Translations under genes and position numbers: made by a program
Part shown: positions 1-9,198 of the stretch, in pieces
Layout of the letters: each line of letters starts with the position of its first letter
How positions within the stretch are numbered: position 1 is the stretch's first letter
DNA from: Planctomycetota bacterium
Lineage (GTDB): Bacteria; Planctomycetota; PLA2
Length of the DNA: 47,680 bases
Assembly: GCA_039182715.1 (NCBI GenBank)
Contig: JBCDBY010000002.1
Coordinates: forward strand, 1 to 47,680
Direction of reading: 5' to 3'
Notes under the pieces: model-generated
Seen by the model: only the letters and a program-made list of their open reading frames with translations
Databases searched by the model: none
What the model was told of the DNA's origin: nothing

Positions 1-2
1 GC

Positions 3-593
3 CGCTTCCGCGAGGACCTCCTGGCGCGCATCAACCTCTGGACGTTCCGGCTGCCGGGGCTGGCCGAGCGGCGCGAGGACATCGAGCCGAACTTCGACTA
101 CGAGCTGGAACGGGCTGCCGCCCGAATCGGGCAGCGGGTCACGTGTAATCGCGCCGCCCGCGAGGCTTTTCTGCGATTCGCGGGATCGCCCGAAGCGAGC
201 TGGCGGTCGAACTTCCGCGATCTCAACGCCGCGGTCCTCCGCATGGCCACGCTCTGCGAAGGCGGGCGGATCGGCCGGGGGGACGTGGCCGAGGAGATCG
301 CCCGGCTGCAGGCGGGCTGGGGCGGGGCGCGGCCGGAAAGCGCGCCCGGAGCGCTGGTTTCCGAGGTGCTGGGGCGCGAAATTGATCAGTTCGAGGCGGT
401 TCAGCTCGAGGAGGTCATTCGGGTCTGCCGCGCCTCTTCCTCCCTGGCCGAGGCGGGCCGGCGGCTGTTTGCGGTCTCCCGCGCCCAGCGCAGCAGCCGC
501 AACGACTCCGACCGGCTGCGCAAGTACCTGCTCCGGTTCGGGCTCGATTGGCGAATGGTCACGAAGGAAGCGCGCGAAACGGCCGATACATAG
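3..593 (+). CDS. rtcR: RNA repair sigma-54 transcriptional activator RtcR, 5'-truncated by the window edge
   Basis: Frame 3 reads RFREDLLARINLWTFRLPGLAERREDIEPN (AAA+ enhancer-binding domain), then NFRDL and the RtcR-type C-terminus LFAVSR..NDSDRLRKYLLRFGLDW. Confidence 0.88.
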   Translation, partial: RFREDLLARINLWTFRLPGLAERREDIEPNFDYELERAAARIGQRVTCNRAAREAFLRFAGSPEASWRSNFRDLNAAVLRMATLCEGGRIGRGDVAEEIARLQAGWGGARPESAPGALVSEVLGREIDQFEAVQLEEVIRVCRASSSLAEAGRRLFAVSRAQRSSRNDSDRLRKYLLRFGLDWRMVTKEARETADT

Positions 594-601
594 GAGAGCG
601 C

Positions 602-610
602 TGGTATGCT
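602..610 (+). promoter_or_regulatory. Putative extended -10 promoter (TGgTATGCT) for the RRM gene
   Basis: TGn-TATGCT about 160 nt upstream of ATG 773, in a lower-GC intergenic region. Confidence 0.35.
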
Positions 611-772
611 GCGGGCCGTGGAAATGGCTCAACTGCCGGTCGTGTGACACCGGTGCCAGGAATCGACCCTGCTGCTTCCATCGTGTTTTACGTGTTTCGT
701 TGTTCTGCCTGTCTTGTCCTTGCCGTCGATTGAAAAGGGTAGCCATGCGGAAGACTGAGAGGGATTCCCGCC

Positions 773-1081
773 ATGGGAACTAGGCTGTTTGTCGGTAACC
801 TGAATTTCGTTACGACGGAGATGGATCTGCGCTCGCACTTCGAGCAGGCAGGATTCACGGTGAACCAGGTCACGATCGTGACCGATCGCGAGACCGGCCG
901 CCCGCGCGGCTTCGGTTTCGTGGAAGTGGAGAGCAACGACTCGGCGCGTAGCGCCATCGACTCGCTCGACGGGCAGGAGCTCGACGGGCGTCCGCTTCGC
1001 ATCAACGAGGCGCGCGAGCGCGAACGTGGTGGGGGCGGAAACCGCGGTGGTGGTGGCGGCGGACGTCGCCGCGACTACTAG
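773..1081 (+). CDS. RRM (RNP-1) RNA-binding protein with Gly/Arg-rich tail
   Basis: RNP2 LFVGNL, RNP1 RGFGFVEV, LDGRPLRINEA, GGGGNRGGGG tail. Confidence 0.95.
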   Translation: MGTRLFVGNLNFVTTEMDLRSHFEQAGFTVNQVTIVTDRETGRPRGFGFVEVESNDSARSAIDSLDGQELDGRPLRINEARERERGGGGNRGGGGGGRRRDY

Positions 1082-1103
1082 GAACCGATTTCGATTGCAA
1101 CGA

Positions 1104-1131
1104 GTGCGGTCCCGTTTCGGCGGGACCGCAC
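1104..1131 (+). terminator. Stable hairpin (terminator or mRNA stabiliser) after the RRM gene
   Basis: GTGCGGTCCCG-tTTCGg-CGGGACCGCAC, perfect 11-bp stem with a UUCG-containing loop and no clear U-tract. Confidence 0.5.
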
Positions 1132-1176
1132 GACTCCTTCGCGACGATCGGACGATCGATCGCGGGAGGGACATTC

Positions 1177-2112
1177 TTGTCTCAGCGAAAACTCAACTGG
1201 CTGAACACCAGCTTCCTCGCGTTCTCGCACCTGTTGGCGTTGAGCGCGATTCTCTACATGGTCTTCGTCCACTTCTCATGGTGGTCGCTGGGCCTCGCAC
1301 TCTTCTGGGGCGTCTGTTGCGGGCTCGCCGTGACGGGCGGCTATCACCGGCTCTTCGCGCATCCGACCTATCGGGCGGCGTGGCCGGTCAAGCTCTTCTA
1401 CCTGCTGTTCGGCGCCGCGTCGGTGCAGAACTCGGCGCTCAAGTGGTCGGCTGATCACCGCGAGCACCACGCCGAGACCGATCACGAGTCGGATCCGTAC
1501 AACGCGCAGAAGGGTTTCTGGTGGTCGCATATCGGCTGGGTGCTCTACGAGAGCAACGAGCACGATCTCGGCATGAGCCGCGTCAAGGACCTGCTGGCCG
1601 ACAAGATGGTCGTGTTCCAGGACCGGCACTACGTGGCGCTCGCCATCCTGATGGCCGGCGTCGTGCCGCTTGCGCTCGGCTTCCTCTGGGGCGACCCGAT
1701 CGGCGCGCTGCTGTGCGCCGGATTTCTGCGGCTCGTGGTGCAGTGGCATGCGACGTTCTGCGTGAACTCGCTTGCGCACCAGATGGGCTCGCAGCCCTAC
1801 TCGACTTCGACCTCGGCGCGCGACAGCTGGGTCACCGCGCTGGTCACGTTCGGCGAGGGGTATCACAACTACCACCACCGCTTCCAGGGCGACTATCGCA
1901 ACGGCGTGCGCTGGTACCACTTCGACCCGACCAAGTGGTTCGTCTGGTCCCTCTCGAAGATCGGGCTCACATGGGATCTCCGCAAAATCTCCTGGTCCGC
2001 GATCGATCGTGCTCGCGCCGCGACCAAGGAAGAGAAGAAGCAGGGCATCAATCGCCTCGAGATCGATCTCGCCAAGCGCGCCGAAGCGCAGCGCAAGCAG
2101 TCGTCCTCGTAG
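1177..2112 (+). CDS. Acyl-CoA/acyl-lipid delta-9 fatty acid desaturase
   Basis: His boxes HRLFAH, HREHH and HNYHH, GFWWSHIGW, DPTKW, TM helices; TTG start. Confidence 0.95.
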   Translation: MSQRKLNWLNTSFLAFSHLLALSAILYMVFVHFSWWSLGLALFWGVCCGLAVTGGYHRLFAHPTYRAAWPVKLFYLLFGAASVQNSALKWSADHREHHAETDHESDPYNAQKGFWWSHIGWVLYESNEHDLGMSRVKDLLADKMVVFQDRHYVALAILMAGVVPLALGFLWGDPIGALLCAGFLRLVVQWHATFCVNSLAHQMGSQPYSTSTSARDSWVTALVTFGEGYHNYHHRFQGDYRNGVRWYHFDPTKWFVWSLSKIGLTWDLRKISWSAIDRARAATKEEKKQGINRLEIDLAKRAEAQRKQSSS

Positions 2113-3614
2113 CGCTTCTTTTCGCTTCGCCGGTTCTCGTTTCGCCGGCTGCCGCGGCCGAATGGCCGTTCGGCCGCGGCGACGGATTTCGTCGGCTCGA
2201 CCGATACAACCTCGGCCTGCTCGGCGTGAAGGCGGCGGCGAGCAGCGCGCCGCTTCCGTCGAACGAACCGCCGCGCCAGGGCGGACGGCGATCGGGCGGT
2301 CGCGCGCCGGCGGGCGCGGACGACGGCCCGACGCAGTTGCGCATCGACCTGCTTTACCCGGAAGGCCCGGCCGCGAAGGCGGGGCTCGTCGTCGGCGACT
2401 GGATCGTCGGCGTCGGGAGCCGCAAGTTCAAGGAAGGGTCGCTTGCGCCGCTGGCCAAGGCGCTCGTGAGGGCGGAGTCCTCGAAGGGCGTCGTCACGCT
2501 GCTCGTGCAGCGCGGCGGGAAGGGCAAGGCGGAAAAGGTCGACGTGACGATTCCCGTCGGCGGCGCCGCGGCGAAGAAGCCGCTGGCCGGGCCGGGGCGT
2601 GCCGCGCTCTGGAAGCAGTCGCTGACGTGGCTGGCGCAGCGCCAGCAGGAGGACGGCGGCTTCGTCGAAACGCTCTCCGGCAAGAACGGCGCCGTGATTC
2701 AGGCTGCGATGGCGGGCCTCGCGTGGCTCGGGGGCGGCAGCGATCTGAAGAACGGCGCCCACAAGGACAACGTGCGTCGCGCGGCGGACTTCGTCATCGC
2801 GAACGTGTCGCAGCTGGGCGCGATGGGCGGGGGGCGGCCGGGCGGTGCCAACTGGAACCAGGCCAACTGGGGCTACGCGCACGCCGCGATGTTCCTCGGT
2901 GAGCTGCACGCGCGTACGCCGGACGAAGGCGTGCGGGCGTCCCTGCACTTCTGCGCGAAGCGGCTCGTGGAAACGCAGGAGACGTCGGGCGGCTGGGCGC
3001 ACGGACCCGGCGGCAAGAACGCGCTCAACTACCTCGAACTGAACATCGTCACCGGCCTCGCCCTTTGCGGCCTCGGTGCCGCGCAGCAGAGCGGCTTCGA
3101 GGTGCCGGAGTCGACGATCGAGAAGGCGGAGGCGTACCTCATCGCGAGCGGTGGCGGCGACGGCGGCATCGGTTACTCGACGAGCCCCGGCCAGAAGGGC
3201 TCGGGCAACATCGGGCGCACCGCCGCCGCGTGGATCGGCTACCTCGCGCTCGGCAAGCGCAAGAGCGCGTGGGCGAAGAAGATGGCCGGCTACGTGAAGC
3301 GCAACGCCGACGAGGTGATGGGCGGGCACGCCAGCCTCATGCAGCACATCCTGCTCGCCGGCGTCGCCGCGCAGGCGCACGGCAAGGGCACCGCGAAGAC
3401 CTACTGGAAGACGATGGAGCGCGACCTCGTCCTGGCGCGCGCGCCGGACGGCTCCTTCCAGCCGCGCCCGTGGCACGAGAGCCTGTCGATGGGCAGCAAC
3501 TCCGACGTGACGTTCGGCGAAGTCTGGACCACCGCCGCCTGGACCATGGTCCTCGTCGCCACGCCGTCCAAGGAAGGCGCCGTCGGCTACCCCGCCCTCA
3601 CCGCCACCCGCTGA
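1971..3614 (+). CDS. Secreted PDZ-domain + alpha/alpha-toroid (prenyltransferase/squalene-oxidase repeat, DUF6288-like) protein; start uncertain
   Basis: Signal-like VVLVALLFASPVLVSPAAAA, PDZ-like GPAAKAGLVVGDWIVGV, repeats WLAQRQQEDGGF, QETSGGW and APDGSF. Confidence 0.7.
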   Translation: MGSPQNLLVRDRSCSRRDQGREEAGHQSPRDRSRQARRSAAQAVVLVALLFASPVLVSPAAAAEWPFGRGDGFRRLDRYNLGLLGVKAAASSAPLPSNEPPRQGGRRSGGRAPAGADDGPTQLRIDLLYPEGPAAKAGLVVGDWIVGVGSRKFKEGSLAPLAKALVRAESSKGVVTLLVQRGGKGKAEKVDVTIPVGGAAAKKPLAGPGRAALWKQSLTWLAQRQQEDGGFVETLSGKNGAVIQAAMAGLAWLGGGSDLKNGAHKDNVRRAADFVIANVSQLGAMGGGRPGGANWNQANWGYAHAAMFLGELHARTPDEGVRASLHFCAKRLVETQETSGGWAHGPGGKNALNYLELNIVTGLALCGLGAAQQSGFEVPESTIEKAEAYLIASGGGDGGIGYSTSPGQKGSGNIGRTAAAWIGYLALGKRKSAWAKKMAGYVKRNADEVMGGHASLMQHILLAGVAAQAHGKGTAKTYWKTMERDLVLARAPDGSFQPRPWHESLSMGSNSDVTFGEVWTTAAWTMVLVATPSKEGAVGYPALTATR

Positions 3615-3722
3615 CCCCCTTCGGATGCACCTCTTCCATCAGGGATGGGGCGTAAACCCCTAACGGACAATGGTTTGCGAGCGGCGAGGTGCGGAATGAA
3701 CTCCGCACCTCGAGCCTCGTCG

Positions 3723-4799
3723 CTAGCGGCGGCGGCGGTTGTTCTGGTTGTTGCCGGCCGGCTTCGGCTCCGGCATCCGGCGCTCGAAGTGCACGCGCAC
3801 GGCGCGACGCATGGTCGTCAGCCGCTTCACGCCCGCGCTGGTCACGTTGGTGTCCCAGGCGAACACCTCGGCCAACGCCGGGAGCGTCACGAGCGTGTCG
3901 AGCCCCGCGTCGCTGACGTCGGTGCCGTAGAGGTTGATGCGTCGCAGCTGCGGCTGCTTGCCCTGGCCGAGCGCGCGCAGGCCCTTGTCGGTGATCTCGG
4001 TGCGCGGCAGGTCGAGTCGCACGAGGTTCGGCATCTTCACCACTTCCGCCATGACGGCGTCGGTGATCGACGTGCGCCCGAGCGACAGGATGGCGATGTG
4101 CTTGCGTAGCGGCGCCAGCGCCGCGACCGTCTTGTCGTCGATCGAGCCCGGGTTGTCCACGAACTCGACGCGCAGCAGCTTGCCGTTCGGCAGCACCGGC
4201 GCGATGCGCGCGCCCGCTTCCTGCGCCTGCTTGAGCGCGCCGCCCGGTGCCTTCGATGCCTTCGCGTCGAGCACCTGGTAGATGCGCAGGCGACCGCGCG
4301 TCTTCGAGGCGTCGACCTTCGTCGTCTTGATCGCGTGCTTCGCCTCGCCGCCCTTGCCGGTCCAGCCGCCGAAGTGCGCGCCCTCCTTGATCCAGGTGCG
4401 CAGCAGCGTCACCTGCGCCTTGGGCAGCACGTCGCCGGACGGGGGCATGACGTCGTCGTGGTCCTCCGGGAGCACGCAGCGCGTATAGAGCGGGCTGCGA
4501 TCGGGACGCCCCGGCACGATCGACGGGCCGGACACGCCGCCCGCGAGGAGGAAGGACTTCGAGTCGACGCGCAGGCGGCCCTTGGGCTTGCGCTTCGCGT
4601 CGGAGTGACACTCGAAGCAGCGGTCCTGCAGGATGGGCAGGATATCGGTCTTGAAGTCGACGGTGCCCTTGGGCGACCTGTCGTCACCCATTCCCATCTC
4701 GTCGCCCATATCCCCGCCCATGTCCCCGCCCATCTCCTCGCCGTCTTCGGCGAAGAGCGCGAGGCTGAACAGCAGGACCGCAAAGAGCGCGTAGCGCAC
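3723..4799 (-). CDS. Planctomycete-type cytochrome c domain + leucine-rich-repeat protein
   Basis: Signal peptide, VDFKTDILPILQDRCFECH (CxxCH), MPP, WIKEGA, then LRR repeats (LDLPRTEITDKGL, INLYGTDVSDAGL). Confidence 0.85.
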   Translation of the reverse strand: MRYALFAVLLFSLALFAEDGEEMGGDMGGDMGDEMGMGDDRSPKGTVDFKTDILPILQDRCFECHSDAKRKPKGRLRVDSKSFLLAGGVSGPSIVPGRPDRSPLYTRCVLPEDHDDVMPPSGDVLPKAQVTLLRTWIKEGAHFGGWTGKGGEAKHAIKTTKVDASKTRGRLRIYQVLDAKASKAPGGALKQAQEAGARIAPVLPNGKLLRVEFVDNPGSIDDKTVAALAPLRKHIAILSLGRTSITDAVMAEVVKMPNLVRLDLPRTEITDKGLRALGQGKQPQLRRINLYGTDVSDAGLDTLVTLPALAEVFAWDTNVTSAGVKRLTTMRRAVRVHFERRMPEPKPAGNNQNNRRRR

Positions 4800-6103
4800 T
4801 AGAAGAGCGCCTTTACCGGCTTGCCGTTGTGCGCCACGGTGAACGGGCGTCCGGACGGCGAGTAGAGCTTGAATTCGAGCGGCAGGCCCAGCGCGTACGC
4901 GATCGTCGCGTTGAAGTCCTCGACGCGGACGAGGTTCTCGATGACCTTGCGGCCCTCCTCGTCGGTCTTGCCGTACTTCTGGCCGCCCTGGATGCCGCCG
5001 CCCGCCATGAGCGCGCTGAACGCCTGCGGGTAGTGGTCGCGACCGTTGGCGCGGTCCTGGTTGATGTCCGGCGTGCGGCCGAATTCGGTCGTCAGCACGA
5101 CCAGCGTCTCGTCCAGCATGCCGCGCGCCTCGAGGTCGCCCAGCAGCGCGCTGAGCGCGCGGTCGACCGGCGGGCAGAGCTCGTCCATGCGCTCGAAGTT
5201 CTCGGAGTGCGTGTCCCAGCCGCCGTGTACGACCTCGACGAAGCGCACGCCGCGCTCCACCAGCCGGCGGGCGAGCAACACGCCCTGGCCGAAGCGGTCG
5301 GTGCCGTAGGCGTTGCGGACGTCCTCGCTCTCCTTGGTCACGTCGAACGCCTCGAGGTCCTTCGAGTCCATGAGGCGGATCGCCTCCTCGAAGACCTTCG
5401 CGTAGTCCTGGACCGCGCGCGCGTCGTACTTCTCGCGGAACGCCTTGTTCATCCGCTCCAGCTTGTGGATGCGGTGCTCGAAGCGCTCCTCGCTCACGTG
5501 CTGCACGCGCGCCGAGTTGGTCAGTCCGGCGGTCGGGTCGCCGATCGGCAGCGGCGTGAGCGACGCGTCGAAGAAGCCGTTCGTCGCCATCTCGCCGCCG
5601 CCGCCCACGATTACGTGGCCCGGCAGCGTGCCGTTCACGCGCCCGCGCATCTTCTCCAGCCAGGCGCCCATGCTCGGGTGCTTGATCGTCCCGCGCAGCT
5701 GGTAGCCGGTGTGCATGAAGTATCGGCCCTGCGCATGCGCGCCCTGGTTCGAGTTCATCGAGTTGATGACCGCGACCTTGTCCATGTGCTTGGCGAGCAG
5801 CGGGAAGTACTGCGAGATGCGCACGCCGTCGGCGCTGGTGTTCAGCGCCTCGACGGGGCCCTGCGTGGACGCGCCCGGCTTCACGTCGAACGTGTCGAGG
5901 TGCGTCATGCCGCCGGCCATGTAGAGGTAGATGACGTTGCGCGCGGTCGCCGCCTCGCGGGGGATCGCCACCGACTCGCCGGCCTTCGCGAGGCTGGTCA
6001 TGAGCGGGGCGGTGGAGAGGCCGAGCAGGCCCTTGGCGGCGCCGCCGACGAACTGGCGGCGGGTCGGGTTGTCGAACCGGTCGAAGTATCGCTTGAGTCG
6101 CAT
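4799..6103 (-). CDS. DUF1501 domain protein (Tat-exported)
   Basis: TRRQFVG twin-Arg, IYLYMAGGMTHLDTFD, ARRLVERGVRFVEV, GWDTH, TEFGRTP, GRDHYP; start taken as ATG 6103. Confidence 0.92.
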   Translation of the reverse strand: MRLKRYFDRFDNPTRRQFVGGAAKGLLGLSTAPLMTSLAKAGESVAIPREAATARNVIYLYMAGGMTHLDTFDVKPGASTQGPVEALNTSADGVRISQYFPLLAKHMDKVAVINSMNSNQGAHAQGRYFMHTGYQLRGTIKHPSMGAWLEKMRGRVNGTLPGHVIVGGGGEMATNGFFDASLTPLPIGDPTAGLTNSARVQHVSEERFEHRIHKLERMNKAFREKYDARAVQDYAKVFEEAIRLMDSKDLEAFDVTKESEDVRNAYGTDRFGQGVLLARRLVERGVRFVEVVHGGWDTHSENFERMDELCPPVDRALSALLGDLEARGMLDETLVVLTTEFGRTPDINQDRANGRDHYPQAFSALMAGGGIQGGQKYGKTDEEGRKVIENLVRVEDFNATIAYALGLPLEFKLYSPSGRPFTVAHNGKPVKALF

Positions 6104-6113
6104 GGTGCTGCCC

Positions 6114-8213
6114 CTACTGGATGAAGAGGAATTCGTGGGTGTTGACGAGCGTCCAGACGAGATCCTGGGTGGCGCGCTCGCCGCCCTTGGCGATGTCGCG
6201 CTCCCACATGCGGCGCTCTTCCGAGGTCGGCTTGCGGCCGAGCACGCCGAGGAAGGCGGCATCGATCTTGCCCTTGTTGCCGCGCGCCTCCTGGATGTCG
6301 CGCATGACCTCGGCGGAGCGGTTGGTCAGCACGCGCTGCTCGAGGAAGGCGTTGAGCAGGGCGAGGATCTGCGGGACGGTCGGGTCGCTGTGGCCCTCCT
6401 GGATGAGCTCGCGCGGCGACTGGCCGAGTTCGCGCAGCAGGTGGCCGTTGGGCGCCGGCGACGGCAGGTCGCTGGCGCGCTGCAGGTCGCGCACGGCGCG
6501 GCCGGCGCGGCGTCCGCGGTTCTCGCCCGGGATCGGCAGGCCGCGCTCCTCGAGCTCCGCCTTGATCTCGTCCATGCGCTTCGTGTTCTTGCGGCGCTCG
6601 GCGAGGCGGTAGTCGCGGTAGAGCTTCTGCATCTGCTTCTGCGCCTGGCGTCGCTTCGCCTGCTGTTCCTGCCGCTTCTCGCGCTGGCGCTTCTGGAACG
6701 CCGCGCGGTCGGTGTAGCGCAGGACGAAGTCGGCCGTCTCGGCCATGATCTCCTCGTCGCTGGCGTCGAGCAGCTTGTCGAATCGGCTGTAGATCGCCTC
6801 CGTCCGCGGGTTGAGCGGCGGGAGCAGGCGGCCGTCGAGGTTGGGCACGACGAGCGTCAGCAGCGAGTCCCAGGCCTGCTCCGCGCTCATGCGGCGCAGC
6901 GCGGGGCCGCGCAGGTCGGCGACCTCGGCCTCGCCCGTCGACGGGCTGATCGCCTCGCGGCGCCACATCTTGGTGTAGAGCAGGATGCGCTGGAACTCGC
7001 GCAGGTCGTAGTCGAGCTCGACGACCAGGGCGGTCAGGTGGTCGAGAAGCTCCTTCGAGCTGTGCGTCGAGTCGTCCTTGAAGTCGTCTTCCGGCTCGAC
7101 GATCGCGCGGCCCATGAGCTTCTTCCAGACGCGGTTGGCGATCGTCCGGGCGAAGGCGTCGTTGCGCGGCGAGGTCATCCAGTCGGCGAAGAGCTTGCGG
7201 GAATCGACCTCGGGCAGGCGCGGCGCGCGGTTGCGCCGGCGGTTGTTGTTGTTGCGGGAGGACTGGCGCGCACGATCCGGAATGTGGACGTCCACGAAGA
7301 CCGGCGGGTCGAAGAGCGGCGATGCCTCGAGGAGATCGTGCGGCTTGTGGTCGTCGTACTGGTAGTCCTGCGGCAGCTGCGAGGCGCCGGTGCCGTTGCC
7401 GTAGATGCCGATGAAGGTCGGTTGCAGGATGCGGAAGACCGCGCGCTGGCCGTTGCGACCCCAGCGCTTGCGCGCCTCCTGCACCAGGCGCTGCATGCGC
7501 GGATCGCCACGCGGCGACTTCTGGTACTGGATGCCGCCGGTGAAGGCGACCATCTCGAAGTACTGCTTCTGCGTCCACTTGTCGAACGGGTGGTTGTGGC
7601 ACTGGGCGCACTCCACGCGCGATCCGAGGAAAACCCGGATCGTGTTCGACATGTTGTCTTCCTGCATGTTGCGGTCGCGCATGAAGTAGCCGGTGGCGCC
7701 GTTGTCGCGGGCGTGCACCGGGCCGCTCGCCGTCAGCAGCTCGCGGACCATCGTGTCGTACGCCTTGTTGTCCGCGATCGACTGCTTGAGCCAGTGCATG
7801 TAGGGCTCGCCCGACGTGCGCTGCGCCAGCCGCGTGCGCGTGCGCAGCAGGTCGGCCCACCAGTTGAACTGGTGGCTCTCGTAGCCCTTGCTGGCGAGCA
7901 GCTCGTCGACGAGGTCGTAGCTCTTGTCGGTCGAACTCTTGCGCTTGTAGGCGCGCATCTCGATGGCGTTCGGGATCCGTCCCGCAACACCGAGATAGGT
8001 GCGCCGCGCGTAGGTCGCCTCGTCGGCCAGCCCCGCCGGCTTCAGCCCGGCGGCGCGCAGCTCCTTGTCGACGATGGCGTCGATGCGCGCGGCCATGCGC
8101 TTGGCGGCGCCCTGTCTGAGGCCGGTCTGGTCCGCCGTGGCGGGCTCACTCGGCCAGATCAGGTAGGTGAAGAGGAGCGCGGGAAGCGCTCCGACGATCA
8201 GTCTGCATCCCAT
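6114..8213 (-). CDS. DUF1549/DUF1553 (PSD1-type) cytochrome c-motif protein
   Basis: RRTYLGVAGRIP, WADLLR, FLGSRVECAQCHNHPFDKW, NRVWKKLMGRAIVEP, RRMSAEQAWDS, DLVWTLVNTHEF. Confidence 0.92.
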   Translation of the reverse strand: MGCRLIVGALPALLFTYLIWPSEPATADQTGLRQGAAKRMAARIDAIVDKELRAAGLKPAGLADEATYARRTYLGVAGRIPNAIEMRAYKRKSSTDKSYDLVDELLASKGYESHQFNWWADLLRTRTRLAQRTSGEPYMHWLKQSIADNKAYDTMVRELLTASGPVHARDNGATGYFMRDRNMQEDNMSNTIRVFLGSRVECAQCHNHPFDKWTQKQYFEMVAFTGGIQYQKSPRGDPRMQRLVQEARKRWGRNGQRAVFRILQPTFIGIYGNGTGASQLPQDYQYDDHKPHDLLEASPLFDPPVFVDVHIPDRARQSSRNNNNRRRNRAPRLPEVDSRKLFADWMTSPRNDAFARTIANRVWKKLMGRAIVEPEDDFKDDSTHSSKELLDHLTALVVELDYDLREFQRILLYTKMWRREAISPSTGEAEVADLRGPALRRMSAEQAWDSLLTLVVPNLDGRLLPPLNPRTEAIYSRFDKLLDASDEEIMAETADFVLRYTDRAAFQKRQREKRQEQQAKRRQAQKQMQKLYRDYRLAERRKNTKRMDEIKAELEERGLPIPGENRGRRAGRAVRDLQRASDLPSPAPNGHLLRELGQSPRELIQEGHSDPTVPQILALLNAFLEQRVLTNRSAEVMRDIQEARGNKGKIDAAFLGVLGRKPTSEERRMWERDIAKGGERATQDLVWTLVNTHEFLFIQ

Positions 8214-8325
8214 GGCTTGTTCCATTCTCGGCGCCGCCCCGGGGTGGGACAACCGCTTCCTCTCTCGAAACCCCGGTTCCGGGGCGAGGTTTCGCTACTC
8301 TGTCGCGACCGCCCCGGAAAGACCC

Positions 8326-9198
8326 ATGCGACCGTTCGGATTCTTCGTCGTTCTCCTCTATTTATCGGCCTGTGGCGGCGAGCTGCCCGCTTCGGGGCCT
8401 CCGGTCGTGGGCGTCTCGCTGCCCGATCTGGCGAACCGGTTCTTCAAGGATCTGGAAGCGGGGCTGCGGGCCGAGGCGGAGGCGCGCGGCATGCGGCTCC
8501 AGGTGCGCTCGGCCGAGAACGACCCCACGATCGAGGCGCGCCACCTGCGCCGATTCGTCGAGGAGGGCGTTGCCGCGATCGTCCTCGCGCCCTGCCGCAC
8601 CGAGGTCGAGCCGTTCGACCCGGCCGGGATTCCCGTCTTCTCCTGCGACATTGCAATCGAGGGGGTCGCGGTCATCGCACACGTGGCGAGCGAAAACCGT
8701 CGCGGCGGCGAGCTGGCGGCGGCCGCGCTGCAGGAGCGCGTCCCGGACGGCAAGTTCCTGCTGCTCGACAACACCGCCGTCTCTTCGGTGCGCGCACGCA
8801 GCGCGGGTTTCCGGGCGGTGGTGGGGGCCGAGCGGCTCGCGGGCACGCCCGACTGCGGCGGCGATCGCGCGCGCGCCGAGGCGATCACTCGCGACTACCT
8901 CGATCGCCACGCCGAGCTCCGGGGCATCTTCGGTACGAACGACCTCGCGGCGCTCGGCGCCCTGCGCGCGGTCGAGGCGGCGCGCCGCGACGACGTCGTC
9001 ATCGTCGGCTTCGATTTCACGCCGGACGCACGGCAGGCGATGCTGCGCGGCAGCGCGTTGCGTGCCGACGTGCGACAGGACCCCGCGCGAATCGGGCGCA
9101 CGACCATCGAAACGATCGCGCGTCACCGCGCGGGGGAGACGGTCGAAAGGAACATCCTGATCCCGGTCGAGCTGGTGACCGCGGAGTCGCTCAGGTGA
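8326..9198 (+). CDS. RbsB-like periplasmic sugar-binding lipoprotein
   Basis: Lipobox LSAC, NRFF, GIFGTNDLAALGA, IVGFD, QDPARIG. Confidence 0.85.
   Translation: MRPFGFFVVLLYLSACGGELPASGPPVVGVSLPDLANRFFKDLEAGLRAEAEARGMRLQVRSAENDPTIEARHLRRFVEEGVAAIVLAPCRTEVEPFDPAGIPVFSCDIAIEGVAVIAHVASENRRGGELAAAALQERVPDGKFLLLDNTAVSSVRARSAGFRAVVGAERLAGTPDCGGDRARAEAITRDYLDRHAELRGIFGTNDLAALGALRAVEAARRDDVVIVGFDFTPDARQAMLRGSALRADVRQDPARIGRTTIETIARHRAGETVERNILIPVELVTAESLR

Noticed and set aside
5931-8325. Long + strand ORF (5931-9227, 1098 aa)
   Set aside because: Antisense shadow of the DUF1549 gene in high-GC DNA; only family-supported frames were kept.
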